Below are positions 46,657 to 59,770 of a stretch of DNA of 64,000 nucleotides, in pieces. The notes below the pieces were generated by a model. It was not told where the DNA came from and did not search any database. It saw nothing but the letters and a program-made list of their open reading frames with translations. Numbering within the stretch: the stretch's first letter is position 1; each line of letters starts with the position of its first letter. The DNA is from Camelus dromedarius (taxonomy: Eukaryota): the NCBI RefSeq assembly GCF_036321535.1, contig NC_087447.1, positions 44,828,001-44,892,000 of the forward strand. Direction: 5' to 3'. The position numbers and the translations under genes are program-made.

Positions 46657-48610
46657 CCACATATGAGCGATCTCATATGGTATTTTTATTTCTCTTTCTG
46701 GCTTACTTCACTTAGAATGACATTCTCCAGGAACAACCATGTTGCTGCAAATGGCGTTATGTTGTTGGTTTTTATGGCTGAATGGTATTCCATTGTATAA
46801 ATATACCACATCTTCTTTATCCAGTCATCTGTTGATGGACATTTAGGCTGTCTCCATGTCTTGGCTATTGTAAATAGTGCCGCTATGAACATTGGGGTGC
46901 AGGTGTCATCCTGAAGTAGGAGCGGGATTCCTGGGTCATACGGTAAGTCTATTCCTAGTCTTTTGAGGAATCTCCATACTGTTTTCCACAGTGGCTGCAC
47001 CAAACTGCATTTCCACCAGCAGTGTAGGAGGGTTCCCTTTTCTCCACAGCCTCTCCAGCATTTGTCATTTGTGGACTTTTGAATGATGGCCATTCTGACT
47101 GGTGTGAGGTGATACCTTATTGTAGTTTGGATTTGCATTTCTCTGATAATTAGTGATATTGAGCATTTTTTCATGTGCCTATTGATCATTTATATTTCTT
47201 CCTTGGAGAATTGTTAGTTTAGGTCTTTTGCCCATTTTTGGATTGGGTTGTTCGCTTTTTTTTCTTATTAAGTCGTATGAGCTGCTTATATATTCTGCAG
47301 ATCAAGCCTTTGTCGGTTTCATCATTTGCAAAAATTTTCTCCCATTCCGTAGGTTGTCTTTTTGTTTTACTTATGGTTTCCTTTGCTGTGCAGAAGCTTG
47401 TAGGTTTCACTAGGTCCCACTTGTTTATTCTTGCTTTTATTTCTGTTGCTTGGGTAGACTGCCCTAGGAGAACATTTTTGAGATGATGTCAGATAATATT
47501 TTGCCTATATTTTCTTCTAGAAAGTTAATTGTATCTTGCCTTATGTTTAACTCCTTGATCCATTTTGAGTTTATTTTTGTGTATGGTGTAAGGGAGTGTT
47601 CTAGCTTCATTGATTTACATGCTGCCGTCCAGTTTTCCCAACACCATTTGCTGAAGAGACTGTCTTTATTACATTGTGTATTTTTGCCTCCTTTGTCGAA
47701 GATTAGTTGACCAAAAGTTTGTGGGTTCATTTCTGGGCTCTCTATTCTGTTTAATTGGTCCATATGTCTGTTTTTGTACCAATACCATACTGTTTTGATT
47801 ACTGTAGCTCTGTAGTATTGTCTGAAGTCTGGGAGAATTATTCCTCCAGCCTCTTTCTTTTTCTTCAGTAGTGCTTTGGCAATTCTAGGTCTTTTGTGGC
47901 TCCATGTAAATTTTATTATGATTTGTTCTAGTTCTATGAAATATGTCTTGGGTAATTTGATAGGGATTGCATTAAATCTGTAGATTGCCTTGGGCAGTAT
48001 GACCATTTTAACAATATTGATTCTTCCAATCCAGGAGCATGGGATATCTTTACATTTTTTAAAGTCTTCTTTAATTTCCTTCATCAATGGTTTATAGTTT
48101 TCCATGTATAATTCTTTCACTTTCTTGGTTAGATTTATTCCTAGGTACTTTATTACTTTGGGTGCTATTTTAAAGGGGATTGTGTCTTTACTTTCTTTTT
48201 CTGTTGATTCGTTAATGTAAAGAAATGCAACTGATTTTTGAACGTTAATCTTGTAACCTGCTAACTTGCTGAATTCTTCGATCAGCTCTAGTAGTTTTTG
48301 TGTGGACCTTTTAGGGTTTTCTATATATAGTATCATGTCGTCTACATATAGTGACACTTCTACCTCTTCTTTTCCAATTTGGATCCATTTTATTTCTCTC
48401 TCTTCTCTGATTGCTGTGGCTGGGACTTCCAAGACTATGTTGAATAGGAGTGGTGATAGTGGGCATCCTTGTCTTGTCCCAGATTTTAGTGGGAAGCTTT
48501 TGAGTTTTTCACCGTTGAGTACTATGCTGGCTGTAGGTTTGTCATATATAGTTTTTATTATGTTGAGATATACCCACTTTGGTGAGAGGTTTTATCATAA
48601 ATGGGTGTTA
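46626..48610 (-). mobile_element. Relatively young 5'-truncated LINE-1 (3' part of ORF2), ~2 kb, with poly(A) and TSD
   Basis: ORFs 47464..48432 (YVDD RT motif region) and 46686..47189 (HCWWKC C-terminal domain), T25 tail at 46626-46650 and TSD GAGTTGCTT at 46619 and 48611. Confidence 0.95.
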
Positions 48611-49399
48611 GAGTTGCTTCTTATTTTCTGTTTCATGAATTCTTCTCCTTTTTTTTTTAAATCATGTTATAGATTGATTTACTATTGAATATTTAGCCAG
48701 TGTCACTAGGTTTTGGAGTGGAAGGAAGAAGCTGCAGTGAGTACTGAGTTAGTCATGTTAATCAGAGATCTTTGGAACTTGTTTACTCCTTGGAATTTTT
48801 GAGCTTTCTTCATGGCCCAATATTTTATCAATTTCTGAAAATACTGCATGTCAAGAACATGATGTGTATTGTCTGTTTTTACTGTGAGTTAGCTATTCAA
48901 CATCCATTCAAACTCACCTTCCCATAACTTCTATCATACATTCTGGAAAGCTGAAGTACTTTGGGTCTTATAACTAGAGATAAACATTAGACTCATTCTG
49001 AGGAATCAGACGTATAAGTCTATTGAGGCTATTCTTTGTTCTTGTCTGGAATGTGGAGTTGAAAGTGAAGGATAGTAGTCATAGCTTTGATTGGCAGAGC
49101 AGAAAAGTAGAAAAATCTCTGTCTTTTGATAGCATAATAGAAGTGCCTCATTTTGTGTGTGTGTGTGTGTGTCTGTCTGTGTATGTGTGAGATGAGATAA
49201 ATGAACCCCAATCTGGCCAAGCCATTATAATATAGTGTCTCTTACACACAGCTAACCACAACCTTAATCGATTGCTTAAATATTAGAGAGGCACACTTTA
49301 GTTAAGTATCATTCTTTTTTTATTGTCATTTTAATTTGCTTTTTTAAAAATTAGTCATGAAGCTGATAGAGGGAAAGGATTAACAGCAGGGACTTTATT

Positions 49400-49600
49400 G
49401 GCTTGGATTCTAATCTCACTCTGCAACTTCCTTCTTATTTGACCCTAGACAAGTTTCTCAACTTTCTTGCTTCATCTGCAAAATGTATAAAAAGCAATTG
49501 GTCTTGCTTCACAGGGTGGTTATGGCAATTAAATGAATTACTGTTCGTGAAATGTTTAGAATAGGGTCTTGCACATAGCATGTGCTGTACAAAATAGGTG
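49400..49600 (+). mobile_element. MIR SINE
   Basis: TGACCCTAGACAAGTTTCTCAAC...CATCTGCAAAATG...CACAGGGTGGTTATGGCAATTAAATGA. Confidence 0.7.
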
Positions 49601-49724
49601 AGTTAATTTCAATTGGTGATCCTAGCAAGTGGGAGATGTGGAATTTTGGCCCAGAACTATTGGACTCCAAAGCCTGTGCTCTTTCTGTAATACCAATGAT
49701 AACATTCTGTCATTTAAAGTTGGC

Positions 49725-50690
49725 TTACCTCCTAGACACATTCTCACCCAAACCAAGTACCCTCTGAAAGCCCACTCTCAGTTCCTGGGTCCTAAGAGCA
49801 TACACCATAGGATTAAGTGCTGGGGGAATGACACTATGCAGCACATTGAGGAGAACAGGGATGAAGGGAAATCTTCTTCCTGCCAGATGGGTGACAGACA
49901 CCACAATAATGGCTGTGTAGAAAAAGAGAATGAGGATGAGATGAGAGCTGCAGGTACTCAGGGCCTTAGCTGTTGCTTCTGCAGATTTCAACCTCAGCAC
50001 TGAGCGAATAATCAAAGCATAGGAAGCAAAGACCAGACCCATGTCACTCCCAACCACAACCCAGGCCAAGGCCAAATGATAAAACCTATTAATAGTGATG
50101 TCGTCACAGGCCAGACTGGTGACCCCCAAGTTAGAGCAGAGGCAGTGGTCAATCTCATTCCTGGAGCAGTAGTGTCTCTGGGCAGCCAGTACAGGCACTG
50201 GGATGGTCAATAGGATATTCCTGAGTATCATAGACACTGTGACTTTGATCACAAAAGCCTCAGTGACTATGAAGGGGTACTGAAGGGGATAGCAAATGGC
50301 TACATATCTATCCACAGCCATGCAGAGGAAGATGCCTGACTCCATGCACATGAAAGAGTTGATGGCATAGATCTGAGTAAAGCACTCAGGGAGGCTGATG
50401 GTCTTGGCATTAAACCATAAAATGGCCAGGATTTTGGGCATGATGGTAGTAGCCAGGCCAATGTCCACTACCGCCAGGATACTAAGGAATAGATACATGG
50501 GCTGGTGCAGGGTGGGCTCATGTTGGATGGTGATCAAGATGAGGAGATTGGCACCAAGAGCTAAGAGGTAGAGCAGGGCCAGTGGCAGGGAAAACCAGTG
50601 CTGCCACTCATGAATGCCTGGGAGCCCCATCAGGATGAACTCAGACACGTGAAACCTTGAGCTGTTGGTTATACTCAGGGTGGTATCCAT
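49725..50690 (-). CDS. OR56B4: Olfactory receptor 56B4-like (class I, 321 aa from [11 protein letters not shown]), intact
   Basis: OR56 signature [11 protein letters not shown], plus [35 protein letters not shown] and PPALNPMVY. Acceptor tttacAG at 50722-50721. The exact OR56B paralog is uncertain. Confidence 0.82.
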   Translation of the reverse strand: MDTTLSITNSSRFHVSEFILMGLPGIHEWQHWFSLPLALLYLLALGANLLILITIQHEPTLHQPMYLFLSILAVVDIGLATTIMPKILAILWFNAKTISLPECFTQIYAINSFMCMESGIFLCMAVDRYVAICYPLQYPFIVTEAFVIKVTVSMILRNILLTIPVPVLAAQRHYCSRNEIDHCLCSNLGVTSLACDDITINRFYHLALAWVVVGSDMGLVFASYALIIRSVLRLKSAEATAKALSTCSSHLILILFFYTAIIVVSVTHLAGRRFPFIPVLLNVLHSVIPPALNPMVYALRTQELRVGFQRVLGLGENVSRR

Positions 50691-51051
50691 ATCATGGGAT
50701 GTCTCGATCTCAGCAGGTACCTGTAAATTAAGGGGAAACAAGAATAGGCTGTGGTTAGGTCAGCTGAGGGCCAAAATCTGTGTAGAGGTGTAAGGTTCAC
50801 CAACAATAACTCAGTCTTTTTTTTTTTTTTTTTAACATGATGCATCTTTTATCCCTTTAAGACTCTCGGAGAAAGTTTACCTAAGAATAATAGAAGGTCC
50901 ACGATAGATCCTAAGATAAAGATTTTGATATAATTAAAGTAGAGATTTAATGACTTTATGTGCCTGAAATCCCTGGTAAATTTTTGTATGTGGGGGAAAT
51001 GGACATAATGCAGGAGACACATATATTATAAGGAAACAGACATTTCAGTGG

Positions 51052-51442
51052 TGTACTAGCTTTCAACGGCTGCCTAAAGAAAAAAAAAATCACAGACTGG
51101 GCAACTTAACCAACAGAACTTTATTTTCTCACAGTTTTGTAGGCTGAAGTCCAAAATCAAGGTGTCAGCTAGTTTTGTTTCTTCTAAGTCCTCTTTCCCT
51201 GGCTTGTAGATGGTTGTCATTCTGGTGCCTTTACATGGTCTTTTCTCCATGCACACACATATCTGTGTCCAAATTTCCTCTTCTTAAGGACACTGCACAT
51301 AATGGATTAGGACTCACTGAAAAGATTTCATTTTAACTTAATTACCAATTTAAAGACCTTATCTGAAAAGATGGTTAATTCTGAGGTATTAGAGGTTAGG
51401 ATTCAAAATGTGAATTTTGAAGGATACAACTGAGCTATAATA
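51052..51442. mobile_element. MLT1 (MaLR) solo LTR
   Basis: TTTATTTTCTCACAGTTTTGTAGGCTGAAGTCCAAAATCAAGGTGTCAGC...TTCTGAGGTATTAGAGGTTAGGA, typical of MLT1B/C. Confidence 0.85.
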
Positions 51443-52084
51443 AGGAATAAAAATGAGAGGGTAGCCTCCATTCTTGGAGGCCTTCAGGAAGAGAATAAGT
51501 AGTCACAGTGAGAACCCTGACTAGGCTTTTCTTTTGGATGCCTTGTTGGAGAATAGTTTCTGACATAATCCATTTAAGCTTCACTCTCAAGGTGTTGTTA
51601 TTGATGTGAAGAAATGGAGGTTGAATGATTTGTCTAGCTAAGAATCATATATTGAAGTTATTAATAAGTGACAAAGCTACAGTAAAATTTTAATATTCTG
51701 CATTTAATTTGAGCATTCATTCTGTGAAATCTTAACCAGCAGATCAGTGTCCTATAGAATAGTATTGTTTCCTCATCTGATTATGAAAGTACATTAAAGA
51801 CATATGTAAAGCTATATTTTGAAATCATCAGTGCTATTAATACAAAATATAATGAGGAACAAGTGGAAACAAACTTTTAAACACTTCTGTATTTCTGTAT
51901 GCTATATGTTGGAAATATAGGAGGCTTTTTTGCACACATTTAGACTTTTTCTTGTGTTTAAGTAATTTCATGGTTTAATCTTGGTCCTTTCATACTTGGT
52001 CTTCCTCATTTTCACATTCCTGACTTTGTTAATTCTTTCATTTCTGGGAAACTTCCAAATAATTATATCAAAAAGTGTACTTGA

Positions 52085-52646
52085 GAGACTTATGTCAGCA
52101 AAATGACAGACTAGGAAGCTCCAGGTCCTTGTTCTCTCATGGGAACACGAACGGAGTGACAGATTAACCAAAATAGCTTTGTGGGAGTTCTATAAACTAA
52201 GAAACTAAAGTCTTATAGTGACAAAGTAAACGCCAAGCCAAGAAAACGCCACACTCAAAATGACAGGAATTTTTCTGGAATTTTTCTCATTCTTTCCCCA
52301 TAATCTGCCTTGTGCAGTACAGGAGAAATCCACCCAATTCCCAGTTCCTCCTTGTGGTCAGCACAGTGAGAAGGCAACCCACAGTATGGGAGGGAATATT
52401 TACAAATCACATATCTGATAGGGGGTTAATATTCAAAATATATAAACAATGTCTACTATTCAACAACAAAAACCAAACAAGTCAATTGAAAAACTGACAA
52501 ATGTCTTGAATAGACATTCTTCCAAAGAAGATATAAAAATGGCTAATAAGCATGTGAAAAGACACTCAAAACTAATCTAATCATCAGGGAAGTGTAAGTC
52601 AAAGCCATGTTGAGTACCACCTCATACCCATTAGGAGGACTATAGC

Positions 52647-52677
<31 letters not shown>

Positions 52678-53370
52678 AAAAACCTAGAAAAGAACAAATG
52701 CTGGCAAGGATGTGGAGAAATTAGAACTCTTAGGCATCTTAGGTGGGAATGTGAAATGATGCAGTGGCTGTGGAAAACAGTATGGCAATTACTCAAAATA
52801 TTAAAAATAGAATTATCATATAATCCAATAATTCCACTTCTGGGTATATAACCAAAAGAACTGAAAGCAAGGACTTGAAGAGATATTTGTATACCCATGT
52901 TTATATCAGCATTATTCTCTGTAGCCAAGAACTAGAGGCTACTCAAGTGCCCATAAACAGATAAATGAATAAGCAAAATGTGGTACATACATGCATGGAA
53001 TATTATTTAACTTTAAAAAGGAGGGAGATTCTGACATATGTTATAACATGAATGAAACTTGAGGACATTATACTAAGTGAAACAAGCCAGTCATGATTCC
53101 ACCTACATGAAATACTTAAAGTAGTCAAACTCAGAGACAGTGGAATGATGATTTCGACGGATTGGAGGAAGGGAATTGGGAGTTATTATTTAATAGGTAG
53201 AGTTTCAGTCTTTCAGGTGAAAAGTGTTCTGTGGATGGATGGTGGTGATGGTATATATATACAACAATGTGAAGGTACTTAATGCCACTGAACTATACAC
53301 CTAAAAATGATTAAGGTGGTAAATTTTTATGTTATATGTATTTTACCACAATTAAAATTAAAAAAATACT
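52085..53370 (+). mobile_element. LINE-1 remnant (L1MA/MB-like ORF2 end plus 3'UTR)
   Basis: AAGGCAACCCACAGTATGGGAG, TTCCACTTCTGGGTATATA and 3' end TATGTATTTTACCACAATTAAAA. Confidence 0.85.
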
Positions 53371-56300
53371 CAAATTGTTTTAGGAATCCTTGACTATCTA
53401 AGAATTTTTTTGTTACTTTTGTCCATGAATAATACCTTGTTTTGTCAAATATCTAGGTATCAATATTTCCTTTCTCAAATCCCTGGGTTTGTTTGATTCA
53501 ATGGTATGATGTATAAAATTGAGGCTCCATTTCCCATCACTCCTGAGAATGAGTGACCATGTCATTATTAATTATAATAAGCATATATTAATCATGAAAT
53601 TGATTAAAAGTAGGAAAAAGAAGACAGCAGAAGTTCAGGAAACAAAACAATGAAGAAAAATATCTATAAATCAAGATCCCATTAGGCAACTATATTGATA
53701 GTTAACACTTTAGAATTTTTAATTTTCAGTATTTTTCACAGTTGAAATTTTATGTAAATAGAATGATTCATCTTGTGCTTTTTCTTATCATGATACACTT
53801 ACTATACAAGGTCCTAACTCATTGGGAAATTATAAAAATCATAATTCTATAAATGTTATTTTCAATGGCTGTGAATGGTTTTATAACATTTTCCCCAATT
53901 TTTGTTTGGTTTTACACACTGCTTACGTATTTTTAGATATAGTTAATTCTATCTTTAAAAAATCAGACTTAGAGTATTTTCCTTTCACCTTTTTTCCTAG
54001 ATGTTTTAGGCTTAAAGTGAAATCTTTAACCAAGTATTTACGGATAGTCTCTATGGTAGTCTGTGAACTTCATAAATGTATGGAAAAACCCTGTCATCAT
54101 TGTTATTATTATCATTATTATTATTAGGAGAGGATCTATTTAGCTTTCATCAGGTTTTAAAAACATTTCACCCCTCAAGTAAGAGATGCAGAGAATGATT
54201 CTTTACTCAAAATTTGGACCAATATTCACTTCCTTAAGTCTTTAAATTTTTACTAGTTGAGCTTTTTGTTTTGTGACATTAATTTTGCTGTTAATGAGAA
54301 ATATGTAAAGAAATTGACTTTAAACAATAATATCCACATCTTTCTGCAACTGATTATTATGCCCTCTTTGTCACATATGTAATTTGTATATGAATTAATT
54401 CTGTCTCTGGACAGTCTGTTGTTTTCATATTTCTTGCCGGTTATTTCTGTGCCATATCAAACTGAATTAAATGTTATAGTTTTGTAAAAATTTACTGCAC
54501 AATAGGACCATATTACTCTTATTCTCTTCAATTTTAAAGCTCTTTTCATGTGTTTATTCTTCCAGATTAACCTTAGAATTCATGTATTGAGTTCTAAAAT
54601 AGCACACTTTTGTTTAGGACTTTGTTAAATCTGTAGATTAATTTTGGAAAAAAAAGGTGCTAACTTTATACTATTAAACTTCATTTAATAATGAAGACCC
54701 TCTCTGTCTCTCTTTGTTTCTTCTAAAGCTTCTCTATGTATTAAATATATAAAACATATTAAAAACTCATTCAAATTTTATTATGAATTTTAACATTTTG
54801 GGATATATGTAGTGAATATGATTTTCTGTAGTATGTATTCCATTGTATGCTTCTAGCCCATTAAATTTATCTTTTTTAGTATAATTATATTGGCTTTTGT
54901 TATTTCATCTTGCTTCATCCACTTTGATAAACTCTTATCACTTTTAAATGTGATCATTTCTTCCCTGTATTATTATAACAAACAGTTATCTGTTTTTTGT
55001 AAAGGAAATATTTTGTATGTTATGTATTACAATTGCATTTGTTTTATTATTTTGTTTTGTATATCATCCACGTTGCTAAACTATTATCAATTCTTACAGT
55101 TTTCCCATTGGTACTCTGTAGTAGTCTAGGTAGACCAAAAAGATGCTTCAAAATAATGATGTTTTCCCTCTTTACAAACATTAACATCTCTTAATTTTTG
55201 TTTTATGTCTCACTGAAATGTCTGGAAACTCATTATCATGTAAAATAGTTGTGATGGCAAATATCTTTAATTGTTTTTGGTTGAATTTAATAGAGTTAGC
55301 TGGAATTTCATTAAATATTATGTATTTTGTTTTTAAAGTCTTTTGTCAAATATAAGAAACTTGTTTTTCATCTTTATCATTTCAAACACATTTATTTAAT
55401 AGCATTTTATTTAATATCAATGATTCTTGAAATTAATTTTTGTTCTGAGAATCCTGGATTTAGAATTTACCATTCTAAACCTCTTTGTTTATCATTTATT
55501 CAGTGCAGTTTTACGGAGTCTTTTATGTAATGCTGAGAAATGGATACTTTTGTTTTCATTTCTTGAATATGTCGTTTTATTATGTTTTGTTTGCATGATC
55601 TTCTGACTGGAAAGTCCCATCCTCTCAAGGGTGTCCCATCATGTTAGAGTTCAGCCTCTCTTATTTCCTAACTGTAGACCTTAGTCTCTACAGAAGTGAA
55701 AAGCTTGAGAGGAGGGAGTACTAAAGGTGAAAAGTCAACCGCGGAGGTCAGCCATTAGGCATATAATCAAATTTAGAATCCGGGACAAAATTACAGAAAC
55801 AGGAGACACATTCATCCCCTCACCTCTGAGGATGCAGGTCACTGACTTCAGGAGGGGCTGTCAGGAGGCTCCCAGGCTGCAACGCCTCCTGCAGCTGCTT
55901 CTGCTCTCCTGCTGCAGCTGCCAGTGTTTAGCCTTTTGTTGTTCAGAGCAGATTTGTGACTTTACTTGACATCCTTGGAGTTTGAGGTTTCAAGATCAGT
56001 TAGATCCCTGAGATTCCCTGGTTTGATGTGCTGCTCTATAAGTCCTTCCCACTCTATTCCAAACGTCCTCCAGGGTCTAATGCTTTTTTACATTGAAACG
56101 GGAAAAGGCCCTCAGTGCTCTCAGGGGTTAGCCAAGTGACTTCTGGGAGTAGGCCTATCAGCCCACCACATGGACAGCTCTCCACTCCAGACTCCCAAGA
56201 GCTTAATTCACCCTTCTCTGATGCATAGTGCCCCTCATTACAGGACTGTTCTGAAGTATCCCATCTCGGAATATATCTTTATTTCATACTCCTTCCAGAG

Positions 56301-59300
56301 TTTGCCCCTATCTAATTTCCATCTCACAAACTTTGGGTGTAACCTCTTCATTTTGTTTCCTCTTCCTCATCTGACAGATACTTCTTATTTCTCTACAGTT
56401 TAATTTTTGTTTTAACACCACACGGAAATCACTTTTGCTAATGCTTTCCAATTGCCAAAATCAGTCAGTCAATCAATTAATTAATTAATGGGGGCAGCAA
56501 TTTGCTTTGCATTCTACCCTTTCTTATGTATAAAACATGAATTACTAATTTTTCAGTGGTCAGTGTTTTATTTGTTGTTAGGATGGAGTGGCAACTTCCA
56601 AGATCCTTTCATGCAGGAAAGGAAGCCAGCAGCCCCTACAATGAACTTTTTAATAAATTTTTTGTCAGCATTTAGAATCTTTTTTGTATATCTTTCCAAA
56701 AATAGACTCAGTGGAAAAAACATAATTTGCACATTTAGAAACATTTTGCCAAATCACTGTTTGGTATGTTTGGGCCAATTTACAGTCTTACCAGATGTGT
56801 ACAAGTGTCAATTTTGAGGTGGCATTGATGGTGAGGGACGTTTTGTTTTCTACTCTTACTTGTTTTTCAGATTATAAAAAGTTCAGTATAATTTTAATAT
56901 GCATATTTTAATTAGTGTTGCTGACAATTTTAATGATTTTAATGGCCATTTTTTTCTAGTGAGATAAAATAAGATTATAACCTAGGTTATAGTTTATTTA
57001 TTTACTTTATTTATAGTTTATTGAGAGCTAAAATCTCTATCCTTTCCTAATACCTAAATGATGTTTCATTATCCATTATAATTTACAATTATGTATATAA
57101 TGATTGTTGAATGATCTCTGTCCCCCATCCCTACCAGATGGTGAGTTCTGTTGTATTCTTAGCATAGTGCCTGGCACAGGATAGGCTCTCAATAAATGTT
57201 TGCTCAATAAATAAATTTCACTATTTAATGGACTGTATCTTTACTATCATGTTTCCTCATCAGTCACATTGGTGCAGTGTATGTTTTTGATTAGATGAAT
57301 ACATAATCTCCAAGTGTAACACTGTAGGCACTCAATAAAGTTTTATTGAAGAAATGAAATAAGTTGTCACAAAACAACCATTGCAATTGTAATCACTATT
57401 AACACTATTGTTTTCACTGCCATCCTCATGACTAATAACACATTGATTTAATCTTTGCAAATATTGTTAGTTTTAACCGGTGGTATTTTGGACATTGTGC
57501 AGACATATTAAAGGGGACATGATTATTCTTGTAATGCAGACTCACTGCTGTGTATAAGCATAGAACAAAGAGAAAACTAGCATTTGTTGTCCTTTTCTTT
57601 ATTATTTTCTACATTATTCTGAGTATGTACTAGGCTATCATTTTGATGATGAAGTGAAGTTGGAAATACAGAAATTATGATAAAATGCGATAGTGTGTGG
57701 TAGAGATTGGCTTCAAGTCACAGAGGACTAATTCTCATCGGGAGATAAGGGTAGAAATGGGACACAGGGTGGCTTAGGTTAAAGACATGCTATGAATGAC
57801 CAGGGTTTAGAAGAAAATGGGCCTGAGTTGTTGGATGGGTACATGGAGGATTAGGGCTAAACTTATGGTCCCTAGAGGGAGTCTGCCTCAGTCTTTCTCC
57901 TAAGTGGCTTCTGCTCTATGCCATACTCTACGATCCCATTTTTCTCTATTAAATATTAATCTTCGATATTATTAGGAAGAAGATCGTTCTTCAAAGAAAG
58001 GGCGAAAAGCAGAGACTCTCCCTCCACTCTTGTCATTGCTCCATGTGTAGAAAGTGGGACAAAGATCTGCAGGAGAGATGGAATAGCCACAAGATTGCAG
58101 AAGATTATGGAATAGTCTCAAGATTTCTTAGTGGGTGGAGGATTGAGTGATGTTTACCTCTGGATTTAGAGTTCTCTAAGTGCTTTGGTCAAACTACTTT
58201 TGAATGATCTTAGTCTGAAAATTTTGTATTAGCATAAAATCTTGATGATATGAACAATCTACCATTTCCAGTTACTAGTATCTCTTCTGGCTGCCCTCTT
58301 TCATTAAATGTTCACTTAGTCAATATCTTCCCTATATTTTGGCCGCCCATAATCTTGGTGGGAGACTTCAGTATTATTGTGAATGACCCATTGAAAACTC
58401 TGGATTTTCATATTCTTGATTTCTTTTCCCCCCAAATCCTTATCTCATTTACCCATTCCCGTGACATATCCTTGAACTTCCGTAGAGATCACTGTATCTA
58501 ACAGATCTTCCAGCATCTCTGCTTCACCCCTTCCTATGCATACTCCTAGCATGATATTTGATAATGAGATTCTGATTGTCTTTTAATCTTATGCTTAAAA
58601 TCTTCATGACTTTCCACTGCCCTTTGATATGACCGAAAACATACATGCTAAAGTTCTTGCTTACAGACCAGGCTTAGTTCCTGAGAACTACATCCCTAAA
58701 TTTCATGATTCTGTCAAGTCTTTGACAATACCCTCCTGCCTCAGGGATTTTGTATCCTCAGCCTACCCCCACACCTCCCTTTACTTTTAATATATTCTTA
58801 TGGTCACTAACTTGAATTAGGGTGGGCTCCCATACTGAGAACATTCTCATATGATATGTTTTAAGACACTGTAGTTTTAGGTCATAATATTTATAATTGT
58901 AATTAGGTATCTGTGATCACATATTTAATATATATTCTCCAGTGAACCATGATGACAAGGACCATTTATACTATTAATTGTTTTTTCCAATATCTAGCAG
59001 AGTACATGGATTTAATAGATATATATCTTATCTATTGAATGAATGAATGAAAGAGGTTTATCAGCAGCTATGAATAAAATACTTAATAATTGGATGAATA
59101 AAAAGACTGTGAAATCAAAGCATTATTCCAAAGGAGAATGTGGCCACTAGGGTGGACTGGTGATCAATCAGAGATGGGACCAAGGGAAGGGTCTGCTTGG
59201 GGATGGGAAGATATGATAGCAAAGATCTTAGCCCACCTCTTTGGGAACCTGTGGGGACAGACTGTTTCAGAATCAATACTCATCCCATACTTGCTATGTC

Positions 59301-59354
59301 TGTGGACTATGTCACAATCCCCCTGAAGAAAAGCAATCAGTTCACCTGAGACAG

Positions 59355-59770
59355 TGACATTTGCCTTAGGTTGGAGTCTCCAGAAGAAGACTCTGAGGAA
59401 GAGATTTGCATACAGGAGGTTTACTGTGAAATATACTTGAAAATTACACATGTCAGGGTGTGAAGGAAGCAGAGTGGAGAAGAGAAGGAAGTTAACCTGT
59501 GATCCAGTTACCCCAGATGTCTGAGCTAATTCCTTGGGGTATTCTTGAGGGGGATGGCCCTTCAGTGTTGTTTCAAATTGAAGAAAGAGGGTCAGGTCTG
59601 TGTATTTGTACATAGAGTAGACATTGGCTAAGAGCTGCACTCAGGTAGGAAAAGTAACTTTGAGTGAGTTAGCTCTCTTTGTCCAAGGGAGACTGACTTG
59701 ATTGTGGGCTTTTAGCAGCCCACACTTGCAGCAGATGGAAGAATGAACACATTTAACCTCAGAGTCTGCT
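59355..59770. mobile_element. LTR16-like ERVL solo LTR
   Basis: TTAGGTTGGAGTCTCCAGAAGAAGACTCTGAG...GATTTGCATACAGGAGGTTTA...GGGATGGCCCTTCAG. Confidence 0.65.

Noticed and set aside
47464..48432. 322-aa reverse-transcriptase-like ORF as a host gene or active element
   Set aside because: It is a fragment of a 5'-truncated, frameshifted L1 ORF2 with no ATG context or promoter.
50691..50741. ORF-track N-terminus MFPLNLQ... of OR56B
   Set aside because: It starts at TTG within the intron pyrimidine tract; the real first ATG is at 50690.
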